From positions 372,001 to 436,000 of the forward strand of contig CDMY01000243.1 in the NCBI GenBank assembly GCA_001179505.1: a stretch of 64,000 nucleotides of DNA, in the 5' to 3' direction. The notes below the pieces were generated by a model, which worked only from the letters and a program-made list of their open reading frames with translations, did no database searches and was not told the origin of the DNA. This stretch comes from Vitrella brassicaformis CCMP3155 (lineage: Eukaryota > Protista > Chromerida). The translations under genes were made by a program, and so were the position numbers. Numbering within the stretch: the first letter of the stretch is position 1; every line of letters starts with the position of its first letter. Positions 52,167-64,000 of this stretch are shown one piece after another.

Positions 52167-52809
52167 AGAGAGAGATCGAGTGCTGGACCGAGGGGTGGAT
52201 TGATTGATGGGTGTGGTGAATGCAATGCCCACCCTTGATTCAGTGGGTACTACAGTACCTGCCTACCTTGCTACCTACCGAGGGGAATCAACCAAGGCCT
52301 CGCATGAGAGAGGAAGAGATCAGTGGAACGGAGCGGACGGAGCAAGACAAAGGTCGTCGATGCGGACCGACCGGCGGGGGGAGAAGTGTGTGCTTGGTCA
52401 GCTATGTAAGCAGCCTCGAGAGGGAGGGAATGCAGGCGCGGTGTGTGGTAATGCTGCGGCTGCATGTTGGTGGACGGATGGATGGACGGATGCATCGGTG
52501 CATTCCATTCACGGACGCGTGAGTGATTTCTGTGGAGTGAGTGGGCTAGGTAGGAGTGAGCGACTGGCTGAGTGAGTGAGTGAGTGACCGCGTCCATGCG
52601 TGACTTGCATGATGGATGGATGGATGGGTGTATCCATCCATCCATCGAGGACACATCACATCACAGTACTCTTCAAGTATGTGTTATGTGTGTGTGAATC
52701 ACGGAGATAGATGAAGTCACTCCCTCCCTCTCTCACAAGAGACTGCCTGTACATATGTACAGGCATGCGCCGTCCATGGAATGGATGCATGGCCATCGAT
52801 TATTTCACT

Positions 52810-55032
52810 TCAGGCTTGCTTTCTTGGCGTGTCCACAATGTCTTCAAGTTGGTCTGCGAATGCTTCCAGGCTGTAGGCCTCTCGCACGCGGCTCTTGGCA
52901 GCCTGACACCACCCCTGGTAGACTTGTGGCTGTCTCGTTTTGCTGTCCAGCACCCTCTGCATGGCGGTGGCGAAACTACTGGAATCATCCTCACACAAGA
53001 AGCCCTGCCAACAGACAGACAGACAGACAGACAGCAGAGAGGACAATGGAATGCATCAGTGGCTCCTATGCCCTCACTTGTGAGACACCCTTTGTTTTAT
53101 GTCTGGCTGTCTGCCTGCCTGTCTGTCTGTACATACATACATACCGTTTGTCCGTCGATGACGGTCTCCCTGGGCCCCCCCGAATTGGACGCGATGACCA
53201 CCGTGCCAACCGCCATGGCCTCACACGGCACCTTGAGTACATATATGGCACATACAGCCACACATGAGAAAGGCAGGTAGCTGGATAAATGGATGGATAA
53301 ATGGATGGATGGATGGATGCCTCACTGCGTGAGTGACTGACCATGCCGAAGTGTTCCTGTGTGGGTGTGTAGATGAGTGCGGTGGCGTGGTAGAGCAGCG
53401 ACCACCTGGCACCGTCGGTGACCGACTTGAGGAAGCAGACCTGGTCCTCTGCAATACCCAGCTCATCCCTCCGACGCCGCAGCTCCTTCTCGTACTGGCG
53501 ATTCTCGGCCACACGGATGTCATACCCACCTGCTATCACCAGACGCGCCTGCTCCGCACCTATGCCACCCTGCACACACACAGCAGCTGCGGTGATGTTG
53601 CCGACCTGAGAGAGAGGTGTCTGTGCATCAGGTTTGAGTCAGCCACCTGCTGTTTGAGCATTGCGAAAGCCTCGAGGGCCCTGGCTATGTTCTTCTTGCG
53701 TTCATAGCGGTTGAGGGAGAGGAAGTAGGTGGCCCGCTGGTCGAAGGGACACCTGATTGATGAGGGAATGTACTTGCTGTATGCAGTGTGTGGGTGTGTA
53801 TGCCCACCCCTGAATGTCCTCAAGTTTGTCCTCCTTCCCCTGTGCCGCTTGGGCCAGGAAGGCATCCACAATGGTCAGGTCCACTGGTGGGTACAGCACC
53901 ACAGGAAGCCAACGACTGCACACACAACACCGACTTACTCAGGGATGGACGGACGCATAGTCATCATCAAGAACAGCGCTTTGTCTGTGCGTGACCCGAC
54001 CCACCTTAGTGAGGGAAATGTTTGTTGGAAGACGTCAACGGTGAACTGCGAGTTGGCCAGCACGACGTCGGCACACCCTGACACGATACCCAACACAGTG
54101 GGCGCCTCGCCTCTGGTGCACTTTCTCCCTCCCTCCCTCCCTACCCGTGCTCCATTCTTCAAGTCTGTCAAGCGGCCACCTGGCATAAAGGAAGGCCAGT
54201 ACACACAGACGTACATGGAGGGAGGGAGGGAGGAAACAACACTCATTCGCGTTCTCACCTCCCTACCTCCATACCTGTACAAGCGCTTGACGAGAGAGGA
54301 GCGGTCAGTGCAGAGAAGCAAGTCGGGGAAATGACAGTAATACACCACCTGTGACACATACCGCGCACACACGACAGTCAGGCTGTTGTTCCTCGCAACC
54401 TGGTCTCTGCACATGTATCTGGCTGGCTGGCTGGCTGACTCGTTGTGTGATGCGCTTGAGCAATGGGTTGAGAGCCGCGAGCTGATCGTTGATAATGACA
54501 TCGTACACACGCCCTGCAGTGCACACACCACACCACACCACACACACCACACCACACCACACCGCCCAGACAGCCAAGGCAGTCAGTCGGTGTATTCCTC
54601 TGCTTGTGGCGGTGCACAGCACAGGCACGTACATACCGACCGCTAAGTGCCACTTTGAAGACGACATAGACCAGTCGAACGATGGTGCAGAGGAGATGAC
54701 AGCGGCCAAACACGCTGCGAGGCAGCCAGTCGCCATATACCTGCACTAACAGAGTGCCTGTCAGTGGTGGTGTGCACACACAAGTAACAAAAAGATACAC
54801 ACATCACATTGGAGGCAGTGCAGTGCAGTGTGCTATAGCTAATTAACAGCCATCCCATCCATGAGGTGCTTTGCTTACCATCTCTGGTTGGTGTGAAGCA
54901 GTGGTTGGGATCATGGTGGGCGGTGTAGATGACCACACTGTGGCCTTTCTTCTGCAGGCCGCATGCCGCATGCACCACCAGCTGCTCGGCACCGCCTAAA
55001 CCCAGATCTGGATGAACAAACGCCACACGCAT
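52810..55032 (-). CDS. ALG2: Alpha-1,3/1,6-mannosyltransferase ALG2 (GT4)
   Basis: MRVAFVHPDLGLGGAEQLVV, VYGDWLPRS, YYCHFPDLLL, FLSLNRYERKKNI, AGGYDIRVAEN, YTPTQEHFG, GFLCE. Confidence 0.96.
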
Positions 55033-55198
55033 CCGGGAGATCGCTGTGGGAGGTGATCTGCTGAGACTGCGAGCTGCGGGGGCTGGGGGCTCCGCGAACT
55101 TTGAAGCGCCGCAGCGCTGTAGTTGTCCGTTGTCTGTGCCGCCGCCTGCCTGCCTTGGTTGAAGGAGGAAAAGGTGTTGAGTGCAAAACCATCCCGCA

Positions 55199-55988
55199 AT
55201 GGCTACTGCTCAGGTAACGGGCAGACAGCTCATATGCATGCCGTTGCTCCCCTCAAGGGACGTACTGACACGTGGGGCCTGCCTGCCTGCCTGTCTGTCA
55301 TGTGTCGGTCTGTCTATCGGGGCCCCCGCATGTGTATCGTATGTATGTGTGCAGGTGTCTGGCGTGAATCCTCTGATGGAGAGTCAGAACCAGCCGGGTT
55401 GTCTGGGCAGCAGGTGCAGCCCTTGCGGCGCTCGCAAGGCGGCCCCCGTCCAGCAGGTCCATGCCGTGCCCCTCTACCCAGAAATGAACCAAATGACCGT
55501 CCAGACACGCACATACGCTGCACCAGCCACTGCAAGGTCCCCTGACTGACATGACACCACCCGCTCGTGTGTGTATGGCTGGTGGCTGCAGCCAGGCCTG
55601 AGGCAGCCAGAGAGAGGCACCCTGACTGATGCATGAGGCAGGCCTGCTGTAATAGCTGGTGGCGTTGGCAGCGTTTGTGTGGATGCCCTGCCTTGATGTC
55701 TCTTTCTCTGTCTGATTGTCTGCCTGCCTGTGTGTGTGTGGCTGTGCGTGTGTGTGTAGGCCTGCGATGGAGATGGCTCCGAGCATGCCGGCCATGTCTC
55801 CGCTGCCGCCCATGCAGACGCAGGCCCCAACCACCGCCAATATTTCATCGCCCAACCTCAGCGTGGTCAGTCACCAACCAAGGAGACACACAGACAGACA
55901 GACAGACAGACGACAGTAGAGGAAGGACCCACTCACTCACTCACTCACTCACTCACTAATTCACTGACTGCACGGCGGCTGTCCATCG

Positions 55989-56019
<31 letters not shown>

Positions 56020-57963
56020 ACACCGTGCGTGTCTCTCCAGATTCCGAATGCCTACGCGACGCCTCGTGTGGTCGGCGGTACGACCATGGTGTCAGCGCCT
56101 CCCCCGGCCACCGTTGTGTCCAAGGATGTTGCGGCCCTCGACACGGCCGTCCCTGTGCCGCAGCAGCAGGTCCGTGAGGTGGTAGGTGCCAAGGCGGCCC
56201 CCCCGGCCCCTCCCGCGCCCGCCATGGTGGGGCAGCAGCAGCCGCCACCCCCGCCTGTCATGCACATGATGATGATGGTACGCACGCCGACCAACACACA
56301 CACACACACACTCACTCAGACGGACGGACGGACGGACGGACGGACGGGCAACCAACATGAGACACGGGGGACGGACAGTGCGTGTCGGTTGGTTGGTTGA
56401 AGTCCCCGCTTGATTGTTTGCTGTTTTGTCGCCATGCAGCAGTTGCCGCCCAGCCAGAGGCGCCCTGACATGATGAACTTCATGATGCAATACGCACAGA
56501 CCAAGACTGAAGTCCAAAGTCAGCCAGGGAGCCGGGAAGGAAGGGAGGGAGGGAGGCAGCGATGGTGGACCACATACCACGCCAACGACCACTTTATTTG
56601 ACGGAGTGTGGTTGTGTTGTGTTGTGTTGTGTCGTATTGTGTCGCTCAGCGTGTATGCAGTTGATCAACAAGTTGTCTCAGGAGCTGGAGATGCTCAAGA
56701 AGTCAAACGCAGACCTCCAACGACAAATCGACGAACACGAGGTCAGTAAGCGCAAAGACGGAGGCAGGTGGGTGGACACACCACACGCCGCTCCTTGTCG
56801 GCCTGTCTGTGTGTCTGCCTGCCTGCCTGCCTGCCTCCTCCTTGCCCAGCGTGAGCTGCACCCGGAGAGATTTGAGAGCCGACCTGCGGCACGGGTCTGT
56901 GGGGGACAGCTGCCACCCATCTACCGGGCGCGTGTCTCTATATTCTTGGTTGGGTGTGTGGTGTGCAGGGCGGCGGTGCTGGCGGTGTGTTGAGTGGCGT
57001 TCAGGGCGGCGATGCGTCGGACCCCATCGACGTCTACCTCAATGACTTCGTCAACGTATAACACACCACACCACACCAAACCACACCACCACTTCGGATG
57101 GACAGCACAGCAGCATGACATGACAGCACACCCGGGACACTCGTCCATGTCTCCACCTACCCGCCTTTGTGTGTGTGTGTGTGTAGAACCATCCGGACAT
57201 CAACTTGAAGATCAGCAAGGTGGATCCACCCATGTACCTACTCAACGGACAAGAGGTAGGGTAGGTAGGTAGGCGGGCACCCGTCCTCCTCCCCATCGAT
57301 CCCCGTTCCTCCCTCCCCTTCAGGCGTTCATCACTGAGAAGGACGGTGTTGTGGTCATTCGCGATGGTGTTGAGTGGAAGTCATTCATCGTCAGACACAC
57401 ACACTGCACACGACCCACATACATACCTCACCTGTGTCACTGCTGTGTTGTTGTGTGTCTTTGATACATGATGCCGTGCGCCCATCAGGACTTCATAGCC
57501 GAGGCGACGGCCCCGCCGCCGGCTGAAACCGAGGAAGCGCCGCCCGGTTAGGCAGGCAGGCAGGCAGCTAGCCAGCCTGACAGGCAGATTGCCTATGGGC
57601 GTGGTTGCTTGGTTGCTTGGTTGATTGGTTGGTTGGTTGGTTTGTGCGTGCAGCCCCGAAGCCCAAGGCCAAGACAAAGGTTGCAGCTGCCAAACCCGGA
57701 GCCAAGACCAAGGCTGCTGCTGGTGCTGGCGCTAAGGTACGTACGCACGTGCGCATGTACGTACATGCGGATACATAATGGGTGAAGGACAAGGAAGGAG
57801 ACAGACAGGAGGACGTGACTGACTGGCGCACACGCTGCTAAATCCCTCTCCTCTCCCTCCCTCCCTCCCTCCCTGTCTGTTGTTTTCATTGATTGGCTCA
57901 TGCATTCAGGCGAAGCCCAAGGCTGGAGCGGCCAAGGCCAAACCAAAGGCCAAGGCCAAGTAA
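55199..57963 (+). CDS. Pro/Gln-rich coiled-coil protein with GAS2/GAR-like domain and Lys/Ala/Pro-rich basic tail
   Basis: Exons join in frame: MATAQ|VSGVNP.., LINKLSQELEMLKKSNADLQRQIDE, DPIDVYLNDFVN|NHPDINLKISKVDPPMYLLNGQE|AFITEKDGVVVIRDGVEWKSFI|DFIAE, AKPKAGAAKAKPKAKAK*. Confidence 0.65.
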
Positions 57964-59004
57964 TTGCACAACCAATCGTACGTAGTCAGGGCGGCAGACG
58001 GACGGACTGACGGAAAGGCGGTTGCGTGATCGATACACACATACATACGTATGCATGTCATGATAAAAGGAAGGAATGTGTGCGTTCCTACTGAATGTGT
58101 GAGAGGTGAGTGAGAGGGTGTCTGTCTGTCTGTCTGTTTCTCATTTTTGGGTGAGAGTGAGTGAGCAAGCCAGCGACAGACAGACAGCTGAAGAAAGGTG
58201 TCAGGCAGACAGACAGACGGCCGGCAGGCGGGGAGGACTCAAATCAATCGATCGCTCGACAAGTCAATCGTCACTGAATACATCACCTCGCCTTGGTCAG
58301 TCGATGAATCCTGCTGGCGACATTCATCCATCATGCCATGCACACAAATGTCGTTCGTCTCTCGAATGTCTGTCTGTCTCTGCTACCAAGTGAGACAAAG
58401 TGTCTGCACACACCCACACACATGCAATGCAATGCACCACTACCGAATTACTGCCTCTGGTCCATACACATGGCAGTAATTACTGCCTGCCTGCCTGCCT
58501 GCCCACCACACGTATGTATAGACACGACACACACCTACAGCAAAATGCGTGGTCGCCCGACCCCACGAAATGGGCAGGCATTTTTCCGTCACCTCGACCG
58601 TGAGGGACAAACCACGCCACGCAGCCAGCCAGCCACGATCAATCAATCATTCACCCACGCATCCATCCATCCATTCAGGCACACGCAGCAAGCAACATGT
58701 ACGTCGTACGTACGTACGTATGCATCAATCAATACATGCATGCAGCATCTATACTCGACCCCTCAACCGCGTGCCTCACCTTCCCTCCCCTCCCGTCATA
58801 TGGCATTGTCATCTAAGTCTATCTCGCCCCCCCTCCCATCTTGCTGCTGCATCCGCCCGGGCACCAGACGGGCAATACGCATCACTGACGGCGACTCGCC
58901 TGCACCAACACATACATATCCACAGTGTACGCACGCACGCACGCCGGTCCCATGAGTCTGCACGGTGCCATCTCTCTGGATGCCTCTGGACATACGGCCT
59001 TTAG

Positions 59005-60671
59005 TTAATACAAACCTGAAGCGTCGTCATCTTCCTTGACCTGGAGCAGGCGCTGCTGCTCCTCGTCTTGGTGTGCCCCCTTGCCCACACCCCCGTACCC
59101 AATCCCACCCCTCGCGCCAAACGAGTACGTCGCCTTGGCCCGAGATAAGGACGACCGGCACGTGGGAGACACCGTGCGGTGGCGCCGCTCGCGCGTGTGC
59201 CGCTCACGCCTGGCCGGTGTCGGGTGAGCCTCGTCCTGCCCCACAGCCGCCTCGGCCGCCCTGCTACCACGACGAGCCGCAAACGCGCTGGCCTTCCTGC
59301 CGGCAATGCCAACGTCGCGAGGTGTGTGTCCACCGTGGGAAGGCGGGATGGGTGGTGGGGTGGGTGCCTCAGCGGCCTTGTCGATGAGGGGAATGGCGCG
59401 GATGTAGTTTGCGTGTTTGGTCTTGAGCCACTCGTGCTCGGTGAGGAGTGCGGCATGGTCCCGCTGCAGCTGGGCGTACTGCTGGGTGAGTCCCTCGTGC
59501 TGCTCTCGCATGTGCGCCAGCTCCGCCCGCAGTCGGTGCACCTCGTCGCTCACAGGCGACACCGACTCATCACGGCCACCTAATGACACATACATGTACG
59601 TATCAGACAACAACCAACGACAGACAGACAGACAGACAGAGAGCAACCACAAGGAACAAGGAACGCGCAAACCAACGGCAAGATGGCAGATAAGCTTGCT
59701 GCATGTGAGGGTTTGTTTGTCCAACGGACCTGTTGTCGTAGTGCCGGTGGCCTCGTCCCGGAGCCTCTGCACAGTGTGCTCAAGCAACTGGGGGGGGACA
59801 AGAGACATCGGCACACGCAGGCAGGGAGCACAGACAGACAGACAGACAGGGTGGTGCCGCCCGCCCGCCCGCCCCGGTGCTGCTTACCGCTACTCGTCTC
59901 TCAAGTGAGATGACTCCGCCAGTGCTGTCGAAGGATCCTATTGAAGGGAAGCCGCCACCACACTCTGCCGGTGGGGGCAGGGGTGTATGGTGGAACAGTG
60001 GGTGGCTAGTGCCAGTGGCATGGTCATATGCCATGGGGATGCCTTGGGGCGTCGTGTGTGGCATGCACGGCCCGCTGCTCCCCGCCAGCAGGTTGGGCAC
60101 CGACAGACTCCTGGGTGGCCAGCCTTGGTATGGCAGCGGGGAGGGGGACGACAGCATCGCCGGCTCAGAGTGGCCAACCGTGTGGCAGTGGGGCAGCATG
60201 AACATGGACGCTGTGGCAGCAGACGGCCGGGGCACATAGGCCTCATCCGCCATCAGGTCCAGGCGGTCCCGCGAGAACTCAACTGAATCATGAGCGAAAC
60301 GAACGAGCCGTACACACACAAATCAATCAACCACATGAGAGAGGGCAGTGCCAATGCTGGTGATGCTCCGATTGTGTCGCGCCCATGACGGTCGTACGTA
60401 CCCAGGCGGCTGATGGGCTGTATGTGATCTAAGCAGAGGTCCAGCTCCTCACCTCGATCAGCTGCACACACAGAGGAAGGAAAGGAGCACAAGTATGCAT
60501 GTGTACATCCCAGAACCGGGTGGGCGTCAGGTCAGGCCGCTGATGCCTTCCCGTCAGCCCAGCCCTCTCACCTCCTTTCGGCGAATCGAGGGACATGTCC
60601 TGGACCAAGTCTGCGAAACTGACGTCATTCACACGTAAATCAAAGCCTACACACACGCACGCACACACACA

Positions 60672-60707
<36 letters not shown>

Positions 60708-61605
60708 GGCTGAGCGACATCCCTCTGCGTGTATTTATGCGTTGTTCCTGACCTCTGTACGCCTGTAGCACTTCGAGTGTGATAGTTGCGTCGCCGTGGA
60801 TGGACTGCAGCGTCCATTTGTGCTTGAAGCCCCCGCCACGTTGAGTGCTCTCGTACAAATACTCCGCAAGGTCACGCCTGCGCAGTCAGGCAGGGGAGGG
60901 AGGGAGGGAGGGGACAATACAGTCATGCAATCAATGCACCCTCGGTCGGTACGGTGGGGGAGCACTTGTCCCACGCACACAGACAGCATCTCGCATCTGC
61001 CTGCCTGGCCTTCGTCCGTGCCTGCGTGCGTGCGTGCGTGTGTCCGTACCTCTGTATTTGCTGGGACGACGACGACGGCGAGTTGGTGCACCGGATGCCT
61101 GAATGAATCAAGGGGACACACAAAAAGGCAGGCAAGCAGGCATCTGGTGGAGGGAGTGGCGGAGGCCTCACGCTTTCTCCCCGTCAGGCTGAAACGACGC
61201 ACAAACAGACACATAGACAGACACAGGACAAGAATGTCTATCGAGCTGCTGGCAGTCGGATGGTGGTGTGTATGTGATGTGATGTTTGCCTCCCTCTCGG
61301 TGCCCTGCCCACCGTGAGTGTGTTAGTTCGCATGAGATGGAGCAGCCTTCCCACGCCAGCAACCACACGTACTTGACCTGCACACACACAACCGACCGAC
61401 GGAGGTGTGGTCTGAGGGAGGCCAGCTACTTTTCCTACCTCTTGGTGGCTGAAAGCGTCTGGCTGTCTGGCTGTCTGTCCAGTGTGTGCTCACCCACCTT
61501 GGTGTTTTTGATGCGTTTGCCTATCGGGTTTCTGAACTGGCTGAGGGCAGAGACCCTCCCCTTTTCATGGTGGCTGTGGCACAGATCTCTCCCCTCAGCT
61601 GCCAT
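59005..61605 (-). CDS. Hypothetical coiled-coil protein, multi-exon; structure uncertain
   Basis: Putative start MAAEGRDL.. at 61605. Coding-like exons (GFKHKWTLQSIHGDATITLEVL, FDLRVNDVSFADLVQD, EVHRLRAELAHMREQHEGLTQQYAQLQRD) have canonical splice sites. No family recognised. Confidence 0.5.
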
Positions 61606-61760
61606 AGCTGCTCAAACCCAAGTCAATAAGTATAAGCAGCCTCTGCCAGCAGTGCGCATTGGCAGTACAGTCCCTGCCGTGCGAGCGCAAGTGTTTGTGT
61701 TTTACAGCCGCCCTACATCATTGCGTTGGTAACTTCGTGGAGCACATAGCGGTTTGAGAA

Positions 61761-63115
61761 ATGAAGTGGGTGTGGCTGTCGCTGTGTGCGTTCATCACCA
61801 GGAGCAGTGGTGATGAACGTTTGGCGTTTGTGCCGCCATCACCAGGAGCAGTGGTGCCGGTGCGCCCGGTGATCACCATCACAGACACAAGGCGCACGTA
61901 CGCCATGATGCATTCTCTGCCTGTGCCTTTGCTGTGGCTGGCTCGTGCTGCTACTTTCAGTCGCTGATTCTTTCAAGGCGTCGACAGGCAGCAAGATCCG
62001 TGCCGAGGATGGTCCGTCCGTCCGTACACGATATCCCTTCATTTACTTCATGCATTGCACCTCTCTATCAATCTGTTATCTGATACCTGCAGGCGGGTGA
62101 GGAAGAGGACCGGGAGGAGTTTGTCCGGCTCGACAACTGCGGCAACCCTGTCAAGCTGACGACAGCTGAAAAGGAGCGTGTGTTCCTCGATGCGCTGCAG
62201 TCGTACTACTCCAGCGGTCGGCAGGCGCTGACTGACGGCGACTTCGATCTGCTCAAGCAGGACTTGGCGTGGGAGGGCAGTGATGTGATATTCCTCACGC
62301 GCAACGAGACCCTCTTCCTCAACGCCATGTCGGCATACATGAAGGGGCAGCCCATCATGACCGACGAAGAATTTGATACCCTCAAAGCCGAACTCAGGAA
62401 CCAAGGCAGCCGGATCGCCGTCACCAGCGACCCCAAGTGTGCCGTCGATACAGGTAGGTGGGTAGGTGGGGTGGACAGCCTGGCAGCCAGGCAGCCAGGC
62501 GCTGATTGCACGCACCTTGTGGCCGCCGGTCCGACCGTCAATGATTCTCTCTATTTTGATCGTACTGCACTCACTCTGTTGGCCGCATCCACCCCTCTCT
62601 CCACCCCACCCACCTGTCTGTCTGTCCACCCACTCAGGCGTTTGTCGTGTGACGTGGAAGAAAGATCGTATCCGCAACTACATGGTGTATTTGCCGTGGC
62701 TAGCCGTGAGCACCGTGCTGTGGTCGTTCCTGGCGTTCGAGTTCATCCCTGTGCTGCGGAGTGTGAATCCCTTCCTCAATCTGCTCATCGGCTCGCCCAT
62801 CATCTGGACCCTGGCCAAGGCCGGCACCGAGAACCTCTTCCTCGTAAGAAGAGAGACACACAGAGACATCACACACAAAACCATACCATGCCCTTTCTTC
62901 TTTCTCTTTGCCATTCATTGCAGCGTGACCCACTCATCGCTTACGGCCCATGCCCGAACTGCGGATATCAAAACCGCATCCTCTTTGGAGACGTCCTCGG
63001 CGTCGAGGGGTTCGGAGCATCGGCAGACATTGTATGTGCAAACTGTGGTGCATCACTCAGGGCACAGAGGCAATCACTGAGGGTCGAGTCGAATCCAAAG
63101 GGCGTGGCGGCATGA
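61761..63115 (+). CDS. PGRL1: PGR5-like protein 1 (thylakoid cyclic electron flow), plastid-targeted
   Basis: EKERVFLDALQSYY, DFDLLKQDLAWEGS, LFLNAMSAY.KGQPIMTDEEFDTLKAELRNQGS, PKC, two TMs, GPCPNCG..F and CANCG; N-terminal signal-like leader. Confidence 0.95.
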
Positions 63116-63472
63116 GCGTGGCGAGCGGCAAAGAAAGGGATTTCCGCATATGCATACATACACTGCTACTGCTCCGTGTATGCGTGTAGAAAACGAAGGG
63201 AGAATTTCGAGTGCTTTGTATCCATGTCTTCTGGCCAGCCAGCTCTGTAACAGTACCTCGCCATGCCAGGACTAATTTTTGACCTCGATGAATTGATGTT
63301 TACGCATACAGTGATTTGACGTGCACATAGCATATATCTTCTCCGCCTCAGAAGTCTGACGATTCACGATCTATTGCCAGCGCCCTGGACGAGCAGAGGG
63401 CCCGGCACATGGGCCGACACCAAATGTGGATATGAATGTTAGCGGGTCTTAGCTAATTATGACTGTGGCCGC

Positions 63473-64000
63473 ATGGGGCCGCCGCTGCCCCCAGAGGTAT
63501 CGATCTGAAAATACTGCATGCGCGAACTCTCTCAGAGCCCCACGGAATCGAGGACCGAAAAAGTACTTCCGAGTATGCAGTCACAACCGCTCCCTCCGCC
63601 CCAGACGCGATGCCTACACACGAACCCTGGGCCCCACGCGCAGACGGTGAGTAATTCACCACACTCACACGAATGAATATGCTCATACGGACACAAATAC
63701 ACAACCAAGAGAGCCGCTACGGCCACCCGACAGACGACTAATGGTCAACAATGTAGTCAAGATGGTCCGATTTGATGTCTTAATCTGCAGGCCCCACCAT
63801 CCGCGGGTGAGCCGCATGTGTTACACATTCCCGTGCACCAGGAGGTCCAAGTGCGGGACCGCATTGTGGAGGTACGTACGTACCGAGATCCTCACACACA
63901 CGAGACGGATGATTCATGAATGCATTGTCCTCACCACCCACCCCGCTTTCGGCCGGCTGGTTGTGCATCCATTGATTGGTTGTGTGCGGGCCTCCCTCCC
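63473..64000 (+). CDS. Probable alveolin / inner-membrane-complex protein, 5' part only
   Basis: In-frame exons 63473-63496, 63536-63646 and 63791-63871 end in HIPVHQEVQVRDRIVE|, the typical lead-in to alveolin EKIVEVP repeats. Confidence 0.55.

Noticed and set aside
57964-59004. Intergenic stretches (also 41298-42530 and 52167-52809) searched for tRNA, snRNA, a spliced-leader relic or a transposon
   Set aside because: Only simple repeats (ATCC, GACA, GT) were seen. There was no cloverleaf, dinoflagellate spliced-leader sequence, terminal repeat or transposase/RT motif.

Overview
Eukaryotic, very intron-rich, GC-rich nuclear DNA with (GT)n/(CA)n/(GTCT)n microsatellite introns. Bipartite plastid leaders, PGRL1, a TatA/B-family subunit, BBIP1 and an alveolin-like start point to a photosynthetic flagellated alveolate, probably a chromerid such as Vitrella (inference). 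I assembled about 22 spliced genes by hand from splice sites and reading frames; exon boundaries are predictions. They encode a C2-like protein (partial), an HMG-box protein, an orphan multi-TM protein, a Sec7-PH-TBC fusion, a plastid type-II peroxiredoxin, a ferric reductase, a CCCH protein, a double SnoaL-like protein, a long ankyrin gene, SEL1L/Hrd3, BBIP1, TatA/B, DMAP1, SELENBP1, an SPFH protein, a MATH-BTB protein, a CCCH/NUMOD1-like protein, ALG2, a GAR-like protein, a coiled-coil orphan, PGRL1 and an alveolin-like protein (partial). Eighteen of the 22 sit in head-to-head pairs. There are two 300-N gaps, and no rRNA, tRNA, CRISPR array or transposon was recognisable. The standout locus is 23.5-29.5 kb. 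There an amphipathic beta-hairpin domain and a ricin-like beta-trefoil are fused to 24 ankyrin repeats, each encoded by its own phase-0 exon. The array contains recently duplicated exon+intron units, and its variation concentrates at the ankyrin binding-surface positions. It is a candidate diversifying recognition/effector (immune-like) system.
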